A stretch of 64,000 nucleotides of DNA from Malacoraja senta (taxonomy: Eukaryota): NCBI GenBank assembly GCA_038087875.1, contig CM075987.1, positions 22,072,001 to 22,136,000 on the forward strand, written 5' to 3'. The translations under genes and the position numbers were made by a program. Within the stretch, counting starts at the first letter, position 1; each line of letters opens with the position of its first letter. The notes under the pieces were generated by a model. It had not been told where the DNA came from. It did no database searches and worked only from the letters and a program-made list of their open reading frames with translations. Positions 48,677-59,537 of this stretch are shown one piece after another.

Positions 48677-49996
48677 GTCAGTTCCCCCGGCCGTGCACGG
48701 TAAAGGGGTTGCAGGAGTTGGTCGGCATGGTGAATTTTTATCACCGTTTCGTGCCGGCAGCTGCCAACATCATGCGCCCCCTGTTCCAGTGCCTCGCGGG
48801 CAAGCCACGGGAGCGCGAATGGTCCTCGGAGGCAGACGTGGTGTTCGAGGGTGCTAAGGTGGCCCTGGCCAACGCAACCATGTTGGTCCACCCACAGGCC
48901 TCAGCCTCAACAGCTCTCACCGTGGATGCCTCAGACGCGGCTGTGGGCGGCGTCCTGGAGCAGCCCGTCGACGGCCGCTGGCCTTTTTTAGCCGTCAACT
49001 GCGATCGCACGAGCGCAACTACAGCGCCTTCGACCGAGAGCTCCTGGCGTTGTACCTGGCCATCAGGCACTTTCGATATTTCCTCGAGGGGCGTGTATTC
49101 ACTGCCTTTACAGACCACAAACCCCTTACCTTGGCCTTGGGTAAGGTCTCCGACCAGTGGTCCGCCCGTCAGCAGCGGCGCCTCGCTTACATATCGGACG
49201 TCCAGCACGTCGCGGGCAAGCTCAACACCGTTGCTGACACCTTGTCCCGCCCAGCCCTCCCCTCCATTTCGGCCATAGACCATGGCGTGGACTACGACGA
49301 GCTGGCTGCGGCACAGCGTGCGGACGCAGAAATGGCGGACTACCGCACCGCTGTTTCTGGCCTCCAGTTGGCTGAGGTCCCCTGTGGAGCTTCAGGCACC
49401 GTGGTCCTTTGCGATGTCTCCACGGACTGGCCTCGCCCCATCGTCCCCACCAGTTGGCGTCGCCGGGTTTTTGATTTCATCCACGGGCTGGCCCATCCAT
49501 CCATACAGGCGACCTCTGCACTGGTGGCGGCCAAGTTCGTTTGGCACCGGCTCCGCAAGCAGGTGGCGGCCTGGGCCCGTGCCTGCATTCACTGTCAGAC
49601 CTCCAAGGTCCAGCGGCACATGCGGCCTCCGGTGCAGGATTTCGACGTCCCCACGGGACGTTTTCTGCATGTCCATGTCGACCTGGTGGGCCCGTTGCCG
49701 ACATCCCGCGGCACCACGCATCTCACCATCGTGGACTGTTTTACGAGGTGGCCGGAGGCTATCCCGCTCTCGGACACCTCCAACGCGGCCTGCGCTCGGG
49801 CCCTGGCGTCCAACTGGATTGCCCGATTCGGAGTCCCGTCTGATATCTCCACTGACCGGGGGGCCCAGTTCACCTCTGCCTTATGGTCTTCCCTGGCTCA
49901 GCTCTACGGGGCACGGTTACACCATACCACTGCCTACCACCTGCAGGCCAACGGGCTTTTTGAACGTTTTCACCGCCACCTTAAGTCGGCGTTGAA
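48677..49996 (+). mobile_element. Ty3/Gypsy pol fragment (RT connection, RNase H, integrase), no LTRs
   Basis: GMVNFYHRFVP, TVDASDAAVGGVLEQ, ELLALYLAIRHFRYFLEGR, TDHKPL; integrase H-x3-H...C-x2-C and DDE region (VHVD, STDRG, ERFH). Frameshift near 48980. GC/CpG-rich. Confidence 0.93.
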
Positions 49997-50169
49997 TGTG
50001 AGAGAGAGAGTTGGAGGAGCGAGCACTCGGTGCTGGTGCTCGGTCTGTTCAGCAGCAAGAGTGAGATCAACATCAGACAAGGTGCTAGTGGGGAGAAAAA
50101 GACTCCGTACAGACACCGCCCGGAGTCAGGATTTAAACTTGTGTCCCTGGCGCTGTGAGGCAGCAGCAA

Positions 50170-50624
50170 CGCGCGGGCCGAGTGGCCTCTCTCTGTGTTC
50201 TTGCCAGCAGCCGCAGCAGACCCTCCGCCTTCCAGATAGAGAACCGCATCCCTGGCGGTGACCGGATCCCGGTTCCCTCTGCTCATCGGGCGCCGACTCC
50301 ACGCTGTACCGAATCACCCCCGAGTCAAGCGGCGCGCTGGGCTGGAGGAGAGAGCGAGATGCATGCAAGGCTTCGGCCGTGGGCTTGAATCGGCCCGTTC
50401 ACGGGGTCTTTCATCGGCCAGCGGAGGCTTCAACATCGGGAGCCTTGATCGCCTCGATGCAGCAGTTTGATTTTAAGCCGCGAACGGGCGCTGAAAGGCC
50501 CCGCGAACGGGCCGATTCAGCCCTTAGCAAGCGGCTGATAAAGTCCGGATGACAAAACATGGGGGGATTGTCCCCCACCTCTCAAAGCAGGTCCCCCCTG
50601 TACCCCCCAGGATTTCCGCCCCTG
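50170..50624. mobile_element. GC-rich repeat ending in a hAT-like terminus (...GGATTTCCGCCCCTG), one end only
   Basis: The terminus reads CAGGGGCGGAAATCC on the minus strand with G-run subterminal motifs. Internal ~32-bp inverted repeat at 50381-50413 / 50492-50523. No matching left TIR found. Confidence 0.45.
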
Positions 50625-52369
50625 ACTTGTTGATTGCTTGCAATATTTTCTGTTTCTGTTTTGAATTTCCTGCATATGCAGTTTGTTTTCTTTTTTTAGA
50701 TAAATTAGGCTCACGGACTCATGACAGGCTCGTAGAGCCAATGTTCCATTAACTTTGTGTGTCATCTGAAATTTTCTCATGTTGAGGGGAAACAGAATTC
50801 GATTATCAGTGGCCAACATTGCCAAGGTTAATCCTCTTCTAAAACAAAGTTTCTTCACCTATTCCTTCCAATCGAGGTCACTGGAGTATCACTGGGGGAA
50901 AAAGTCAGTAGATTCAGTGCCCAACAGATGATGTTATGCCACTGACAGAAACATGCTAAGAACATTTCAGCATATTTTGAAAATGGAAATAATTTTGTCA
51001 CCTGACATTTAAGACTTGTTCTCTCTGCGGTGCAGATGGTAATTCCCCAGCGTTATCTGATCAAGGATCCTCACTCACAGCTGGGAGTTAAAGTTGCTTC
51101 ACAGCAGTATTTTCTCTCTGAGGCATAGTAAGCTTTTTGTTTCCGTGCACAAGTTGAACAATTATGTCAGGCACTTTTCTAAATTTTTAATGGAGCTCTA
51201 TCTGCCCATCAACACTTCTTATTTAAAATTTCCTTTTTACCATTTGCATTTGGTGTGCTGCATTCTACATTTGGCTTGTGTGAGCAATTCAGAATGTATA
51301 AGTCTGTTGTCTAATAGTTCTTATCACCTCTGTACTCTACTATTATTCATCACAACCTTGCCTGTGAGGGGTTTTTACAGGAACATTTTTGATATTCATT
51401 TGTAATGTGGTTCTCTGCACGTTTCTCTCCTTCCTCGTAACTTCTAAATACTCTACATGATTTTTCTCTTCTCCGCTTTCTCACTCTGTTAAAATCAGTA
51501 ATTATCAAAATTTTCTGGTATAACTCGTTATTCTAAAGACTTCAAAGTCGTGGAATTCTTCAGTCTTTCTTCTACAAATCTTGGTGTTACTCAGGCATTA
51601 TTTTCTACTTTATCCCACCAATTATTTTGAACCATGGTGTTATGCCTTACAGTGAGTTGTGTCTCTTCCACAGGTTCTCTAATTCAGTGCTTCTTAAACT
51701 GGTGAATGGTTCACCCAAGGGAGAATGAAATTATTTTGGGGTGAATTAAACTAGAGGGGTGAATGAAGGGTGAATTACTTAATTTATTCAGATATTTATA
51801 TATATTTTTTCTATACTTAAAAAAGGCATTGCCATTAAAGTGGTTAGTGGTTATTGGTTTTAATGGCAGTGGAGCTGGAAATTTGATATGTTTTTTTCTC
51901 TCTACCCTATGGTTTTCTAATTTGATATTTGGTGGTATTGTGAGCTTTCGTCAGGGAGAGATATAGAAAGTTATATTGGATTCTAATATATTAAATCACA
52001 TACTCCATGGTTTTTTGAGCTAATTTTCCAAGAAAAAAACCTGCAGTAATCAAAGCCCGAAAGGGTAGGATGGGGCTGAAGTTGGAATGTTTTTTTTTCA
52101 TTCTAATAGAATGATATTCCAACTCCAGTGGTAATTAAACTTTTTTTTTCACTCCTAGTTTTCTTTATATTTTTAGGATGTTCAAAAAGTTGAATTAAAT
52201 AAACACTTAAGAAGTGAGTTAATTTATGTTTTTTGCTCATGTGACAAAATAAATTAGATATTAAATTATAAAGGGAGAATAAGACGAAAATTACCAAAAA
52301 ACATAAGAAAATGTAGTCGAGGGCGAATTAAATTTTGTGATAAAGACTCAAGGGTGACTGACATTCAAA

Positions 52370-53722
52370 CAATAGTTTTGAAATTTTCACTAAATTATTA
52401 AAAATAAAACTGAAACCGAATGCAGAACTGATTATTTTTGGAACAATAGAAGCAAGTTTGGAGCTGACTTCGTTTCAAAGGGGTTTTCTTAATTATGGCT
52501 TAATAACGGCAAAAAAACTTATTCTGAAATTTTGGAAAAATGCTCCCACGCCAACGACAAAAATGTGGACTTCTAATATGTCGGAATTGTTACACCTAGA
52601 AGATATGAGATTCCTCTTAGCAGGTAAACCAGACCAATTCCAAAAGATTTGGTCTCCATTTATCGACTTATTACAAACATAGGGTGCAACAAAATGTTGA
52701 TAATAAATGGTTTCAGGACCTGGCGAGGGGTGAGTAAAGATATGAAGTAAGTACATCCCTTTCATATTGTCCTACCTTATCTTATGTTTTCTTTTTTCTT
52801 TTTCCTCCTTTAGGTTTTTCTCTTTTTTAAACTATTTCTTGTGGTTTAGGTCCATATGGGTGTTCCTGGACCACTCTTTCAATCACTCACTTACTATCTT
52901 TACTAAATCTTTCTATCCTTTTCTCTTATTAAAGTTTAAAANNNNNNNNNNNNNNNNNNNNNNNNNNNNNNNNNNNNNNNNNNNNNNNNNNNNNNNNNNN
53001 NNNNNNNNNNNNNNNNNNNNNNNNNNNNNNNNNNNNNNNNNNNNNNNNNNNNNNNNNNNNNNNNNNNNNNNNNNNNNNNNNNNNNNNNNNNNNNNNNNNN
53101 NNNNNNNNNNNNNNNNNNNNNNNNNNNNNNNNNNNNNNNNNGGTTTTCTTAATTATGGCTTAATAACGGCAAAAAAACTTATTCTGAAATTTTGGAAAAA
53201 TGCTCCCACGCCAACGACAAAAATGTGGACTTCTAATATGTCGGAATTGTTACACCTAGAAGATATGAGATTCCTCTTAGCAGGTAAACCAGACCAATTC
53301 CAAAAGATTTGGTCTCCATTTATCGACTTATTACAAACATAGGGTGCAACAAAATGTTGATAATAAATGGTTTCAGGACCTGGCGAGGGGTGAGTAAAGA
53401 TATGAAGTAAGTACATCCCTTTCATATTGTCCTACCTTATCTTATGTTTTCTTTTTTCTTTTTCCTCCTTTAGGTTTTTCTCTTTTTTAAACTATTTCTT
53501 GTGGTTTAGGTCCATATGGGTGTTCCTGGACCACTCTTTCAATCACTCACTTACTATCTTTACTAAATCTTTCTATCCTTTTCTCTTATTAAAGTTTAAA
53601 ATAAGAAGTGGTACAAGAAAAGTATAAACTTACGTTATTGCAGATTACTGTAATGTACAATACTTCTAATAAAATAAAAAATATTTAAAAAATGTGAATA
53701 AATAAATAAATAAATAAATAAA
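52370..53722 (+). mobile_element. 5'-truncated L1/Tx1-type LINE nested in the hAT element
   Basis: ORF2 C-terminus (AKKLILKFWK..PT..W...LLHLE...F.KIWSPF), T-rich 3' UTR, AATAAA and an (AATA)n tail at 53697-53722. Confidence 0.8.
52942..53141. other. Assembly gap (200 N) with a false 460-bp flanking duplication
   Basis: 52482-52941 appears identical to 53142-53601. Confidence 0.95.
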
Positions 53723-54624
53723 TGAGTTGATTTATGTTTTTTGCTCATGTGACAAAATAAATTAGATATTAAATTATAAAGGGAGAATAAGACGAAAATT
53801 ACCAAAAAACATAAGAAAATTTAGTCGAGGGCGAATTAAATGTTGTGATAAAGACTCATGGGTGAATGACATTGAAATAGTTTAAGAAGCACTGCTCTAA
53901 TTTATAACAAATATATAAATTTGCTCCTAAACCTGCTTTAGTGCTATGATTTGATATTTAACTAGGGATTGCATAACTTCCCTTCATTCTGGTTAAATTG
54001 TGCAAAGTAGTTAGAAAATAGTTTTGAAAATTATTATTTAAAACTGGCAGAGAAATTGGGAACAGGCAAATGTAGGAGGCAGATTTTTTAAATTGCTATT
54101 AAATAGCATAGATTAAGAGTTTTTGCTCAGTGGGGAGATAAAAGATCAAAGAGTGTAGAATGCATCTCACAGGAATATTGATAGTAACCCCTGATGCCAT
54201 TCTCGAATTGATGTGTTGGGAATAATCTCTGGCATCTGAAAGTAAGTCAAATTATGTGCAAAAATGTAGTGAAAAACTCTTAGGTCCATTCCATATACTG
54301 ATTGTTAAATTGCAATGTTGTCAGGTGAGGAGGTCCGCATTTCTCTTTCTGGTTCAAAAACTGAATTGTCACATCAACATTCATTACTGGAGATCACTTT
54401 GTGATATTTTGTGATAATAATGAATGAGATGCCTCATAAATGCCAATCTTCACTCAGATGATGAACATAGAACAATACAGCACAAGAACAAGCCCTTCAG
54501 CCCACAATATCTGTGCCTTATATGATGTCAAGACCAACTCTTATCTGACTGCGTAATCTGTATCCCTCCATTTACTGCATATCGATATGCCTATCCAGAA
54601 GTCTCTTCAATGCCACTATTGTAA

Positions 54625-55112
54625 CTGAAATGTAAACCACCAAGCCACCAAGCACGACACCTGGAGGCTGCAGCGAATCATCTGATCAGCAGAGAAGGTT
54701 ATTGGCTGCAATCTTCCCTCCATTGATGAACTGTACACTGCAAGGGCCAGGAAGCGAGCGGGCAAGATCATCTCTGACCCCTCTCACCCTGGCCACAAAC
54801 TCTTTGAATCACTTCCCTCTGGAACGCGACTCCGGATTGTCAAAGCTGCCACAGCCAGACATAAAAACAGTTTTTATCCACGAGTAGTTGCTCTACTAAA
54901 CAGCCAAAAATCTGTAGCCTCCCTTTGATCTGGTATTTTGTTGGTTCACATGCTTGATCAATGGTGTTTTATCATTAATGTTTTATTATTATTAATGTTT
55001 AGTGTTTTCTGAGTCATTCGTAACTGTCACTGTATGTCATGTTGTTACTTGTGGGCGGAGCACCAAGGCAAATTCCTGTATGTGAATACTTGGCCTATAA
55101 ACTTACTTACTT
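54625..55112 (+). mobile_element. Rex1/Babar LINE 3' end
   Basis: LQRII.SAEKVIGCNLPSIDELY...KIISDPSHPGHKLFESLPSG, with an (ACTT)n tail. The same 3' UTR appears as a short copy at 29660-29810. Confidence 0.85.
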
Positions 55113-55114
55113 AA

Positions 55115-56161
55115 AGTAGGTATGTTACAATACTTACCTTCAGCGGCGCTGCAATTCTGCCACTGGCTGTGTGCGCGATTTTGGCGCCTTAGAAGGGGGG
55201 GCGGGGTTAAAACCCGGGTTTCTCCTACCTTGTCCTGAATTATATTTCGTTGGAGTACAAGCGTTTGCTGAAAAATCGTTCCTACGGGGGTTTTGTGTAT
55301 TTTTTATTTTTATTAAATCGACAATGTCAGCGCTGGAGTTATTTTAAAATCATCTTCGAAAGCCGTCAACGCCGACAACGGGGACGGATTTCACACACGG
55401 GACAGGTAAACGAAAGTAGTTTATTTTGATGTATAAAAGTGCTTCTTAAGAAGCCTTTAATTCATATTTTTTAATGCGAAACGATGATTCTTTTCCCCGA
55501 ACTAACGGCAGAATTTTTCATGCCGATACGGGGTTAAATTCACCGCAAATCAACGTTCCAATTGATCGCGTTCCAGAAAACCTCACTCGCAAAATGATTT
55601 AAATGGCCATTAATTTACAGGTATTAAACATTCAATTCCTTCCATTTGGCCTGTAAATCCATGACAATGAGATTTAAAAATTATGTTATATTGTGAATTC
55701 TTGTGTGAATGTTATTTGGACACTTAGGCTATTTAAAAATGTTAATCTATTCTTAAGAAATTGATAGATGTTTTGATCTAGTAGTTGAATTTTGTAATTA
55801 GCTACAATTAGGTAACTAACTAATTATATGCTTTAATTTCATGTCATCTAAGTAAGATTGTTTCATATTTGTTTCAGAATCCTTCAATCTATAATAACTG
55901 AACATTTCTTTCAGTTCTCTTAATTTTTAAGAAAGTTATTGGCTTTTGACTGTCCTCGATCACAGCTTTTGTGTTAAGTCAATGGAAAAGCAATAGGGAA
56001 CAAGATGCTAATTTCCGAGTATGAAAATGGCCATAACTTTTTTAATACTGAAGATATGAAAGTGAATTAGGTGTCAAATTAAACTTCTTTTTATGCTTTA
56101 TCTGATGGGATAAATTGCAGACTTTATTTTTAAAATCTCTAAATTTTGTAACATTGCTACT
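55115..56161. mobile_element. Non-autonomous Kolobok-like DNA transposon
   Basis: TTAA|AGTAGGTATGTTACAA ... TTGTAACATTGCTACT|TAAA: 14/16 TIR match, AG..CT termini and a TTAA target. CpG-rich left arm. Confidence 0.7.
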
Positions 56162-57149
56162 TAAAGAAGTCTGCCAAACTATGGTGATTAACATATTAAC
56201 CAATGGGTAAAATATTTGCCTTTCCAAGTTTCATATATTTTATACAATTATTTATCGTCACTTCAAAATGACCATTGAAAACTGATGCTATGGAGAGGTT
56301 ATCTTGCAATTATGTTGAACAATTCTTCATTTAAGCTGTAGAGTAAAAAAGGAAAACAACTTGCACTTTGATGAGCTTGGGATATACCAATCACTTCATA
56401 ATGAAGTGTATTCACTATTATAATAGAGGGAAATGTACAGCAGTATTAAAAACCAGATAATCTGTTTCTGTGATGTTTATTGAGAAATAAATATTGAATT
56501 GTAATTTAGATTGACCACTTGGTCAATTTGAAGTGACAATAATTAACTGCATAAAGCACATAAAGCTTAGAAACAGCTACATTTATGCTGTTTCAGTCAG
56601 TATGTACCAGTATGACAAGAAGCAATGATCACTGAAGCACTGAATAGTTTTGTTATTACTTGATACCATGATATGGTAACCAGCCTTAGTTTGGAAGACA
56701 TCTTGATATTTCCTGGCCTGAAGGAAGATTTGCAATTATAAGGAGGTTTTGCATGACCTTAAAATATCTGAAACATTTTTGCACTGCTTCTCTATTTGCA
56801 GGACAATGAGGAAAAAGATCAAAATCAGCAGACGTTCTTTGTTTTAAATCCCTCAATCAATAAGAGCAGTCTGGGTTGGATTCAGGAGAACATTAAAAAA
56901 TAAAGGGCATGAGTTATGAGTCATGGTGGAGCTCTAAGTGTGAATTACTCCATCTATTGGAAGTTTCAGCACAAATACCTGAGGGATTGATATGGATACA
57001 CCAATTGAATCACAAAGTGTGAATGTGCAGATAGGGCATCACAGTGGTCTTGGAGACCCTCAAAATAATAAAGCTAAAGATAAATTGCATTTTCAAATAT
57101 TCTTCTCAAAACTCAAAAGTTTTGAGAACTATCCTTTAAGTGAAGCTGG

Positions 57150-57455
57150 TAGAATTGCTGTTTCACAGCACCAGAGCCCCGGGTTTGATCCTAACCTCTG
57201 GTGCTGTCAATGTGGAGTTTGTACGTTTTCCCTGCAATTTCATGGGGGTTTTCTGCGTGCTCCAGTTTTCTCCCACATCCAAATAACGTGTGGGTTTGTA
57301 GTACCTACAATTTACCGTTTATAATTGACCTCTGTAAATTGCTCCGTGTGTTGGGAGTGGATGCGAAGGAGGGATAGCATAGAACGAGTGTGAAGGAGTG
57401 ATTGATGGTTTGCGTGGACTTGGTGGGCCATAGTGCCCATTTCCATGCTGTTTGC
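57150..57455 (+). mobile_element. HE1-type V-SINE
   Basis: Head, V-domain and tail as at 9780. Confidence 0.75.
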
Positions 57456-57649
57456 TTCAATGCAATCAGGTGCTTACTATATATTAGCACAAAACACCCC
57501 TAGATCTATCAGGTATTTTGTCAAGTCAAATGCATCATTTCAATATGAAATTTGAACTATTTCCTCAAGAACAGACCAGGAATTTGCACACATAATGCAA
57601 TGGTCCTATGTTTGGCAATCTCAACACCTACCTGATATCCTAGCTTCAG

Positions 57650-57980
57650 TGATTGATATTCTAGAAACGTGACCACAAAATTCCAGGCTGACAAACCAAT
57701 ATGGCACTGAGGAAGTCTGCACCATTGGAGGTACAGTCTCTCAGATAAAGCTCTCTGAGTTGGTTGTGAAAAATCACATGGTGCTCTTTTGAGAAAGAGC
57801 ACAGTAGGGGATTGGGGTTGGGTCGAAGTTATCCCTGATATTCTAGCCAATATTTTGCCTTAAACATCACTCTACAAAACGTTACAATGTAACTGCAATT
57901 CTATAATACTTAATTGGCTGTGAACCCCTTTGGGAGAACCTGAAATCATGAAAGGTTTTGCCAAAATGCAAGTTTTTCTT
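57650..57980 (+). mobile_element. Deu-domain SINE (SacSINE1/AmnSINE1-like), old
   Basis: gcactgaggaagtctgcaccattggaggtacagtc...catggtgctcttttgagaaagagc...ttatccctgatattctagccaatattt resembles the Deu core, with an L2-like tail ...aaatgcaagttt. Confidence 0.6.
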
Positions 57981-58566
57981 ATGGTATAGCCATTTTAGGC
58001 ATTACATACAGAATTGTGGCATGGCCATAAATGTTAAGGTTGTTAGTCTACTGCAAAGCTCAAAATGAAAAAGCCTTTGGATGAAGGCATTAGCAGATGA
58101 GTTAAATACTTTTCCGTGCAGTCACTAATATAATGTAGGAAATGTGATGACAATTTATGCACAAGGTTGTCAGATTAGTTCATTGTCAGATACTCCAGAG
58201 TGAAATGAAATTCATTGTTCACATGAAGCTCATAGAGCATACAGTATACTTATTGTAATGATAAATACAACAATAAATAGAACGACAAGTGCAAAGCAGC
58301 AAAATGATGCACGATTGTGGTGCAAAATCCAGATAGTTGAAAAGAATATTAAATTACAATAACAGAATCGCTGAATGAGATTGATGGAAGAGTAAGAGTT
58401 TGTGGCAACAACTCCAGGAGTGGGGTGTGAAATTAGTGATTGGTTCAATGGCTGGAGAGCAGTGGAGACAAAGCTATTCTTAGGCTTGATGTCTGAGCTT
58501 TCATACACCTATATCTATATCAAGCTCCTATATCATTATACATCAATGAATTGGATCCTAAATCAT

Positions 58567-59537
58567 TATACATCAATGATTAGGATGAAGGGATTCAAAG
58601 TAACATTAGTAAATTTGCAGATGACACAAAGCTGAGTGGCAGTGTGAACTGTTAGGAGGATGCTATAATAATGCAGGGTGACTTGGACAGGTTGGGGGAG
58701 TGGGCAGATGCATGGCAGATGAAGTTTAATGCAGATAAATGTGAGGTTATCCACTTTGGTAGCAAAAACAGGAAGGCAGATTACTATCTAAATGGCGTCA
58801 AGTTGGGAAAAGACGAAGTACAACAGGATCTGGGGGTCCTTGTACATCAGTCTATGAAAGTAAGCATGCAGGTACAGCAGGCAGTGAAGAAAGCGAATGG
58901 CATGTTGGCCTTTATAACATGAGGAATCGAATATAGGAGCAAAGAGGTCCTTCTGCAGTTGTACAGAGCCCTAGTGAGACCACACCTGGAGTATTGTGTG
59001 CAGTTTTGGTCCCCTAATTTGAGGAAGGACATTCTTGCTATTGAGGGAGTGCAGCGTAGGTTTACAAGGTCAATTCCCGGGATGGCGGGACTGTCATATG
59101 CTGAGAGAATGGAGCAGCTGGGCTTGTACACTCTGGAGTTTAGAAGGATGAGAGGGGATCTCATTGAAACATATAAGATTGTTAAGGGTTTGGACACGCT
59201 AGAGGCAGGAAACATGTTCCCGATGTTGGGGGAGTCCAGAACCAGGGGCCACAGTTTAAGAATAAGGAGTAAGCCATTTAGAACGGAGACGAGGAAACAC
59301 TTTTTCTCACAGAGAGTGGTGAGTCTGTGGAATTCTCTGCCTCAGAGGGCGGTGGAGGCAGGTTCTCTGGATGCTTTCAAGAGAGAGCTAGATAGGGCTC
59401 TTAAAAATAGCGGAGTTAGGGGATATGGGGAGAAGGCAGGAACGGGGTACTGATTGGGGATGATCAGCCATGATCACATTGAATGGTTGGCTCGAAGGGT
59501 CGAATGGCCTACTCCTGCACCTATTGTCTATTGTCTA
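58567..59537 (+). mobile_element. CR1 LINE, 1-kb 3' fragment
   Basis: SKFADDTKL, MKFNADKCEVIHFG, LVRPHLEYCVQFWSP ... GEKAGTGY*, with in-frame stops and a (CTATTGT)n tail. Confidence 0.93.

Larger units (their letters stand above)
51685..53894. mobile_element. Non-autonomous hAT (Charlie-like) transposon
   Basis: Perfect 16-bp TIRs CAGTGCTTCTTAAACT (51685-51700) / AGTTTAAGAAGCACTG (53879-53894), with an identical 8-bp TSD CTCTAATT on both sides. Confidence 0.92.

Noticed and set aside
52767-53342. 191-aa ORF
   Set aside because: Spans the N gap and the false duplication.
55130-55140. ATACTTACCT resembling the 5' end of U1 snRNA
   Set aside because: The following sequence is not U1 (no GGCAGGGGAG, no Sm site). 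It lies in the terminus of the Kolobok-like element.
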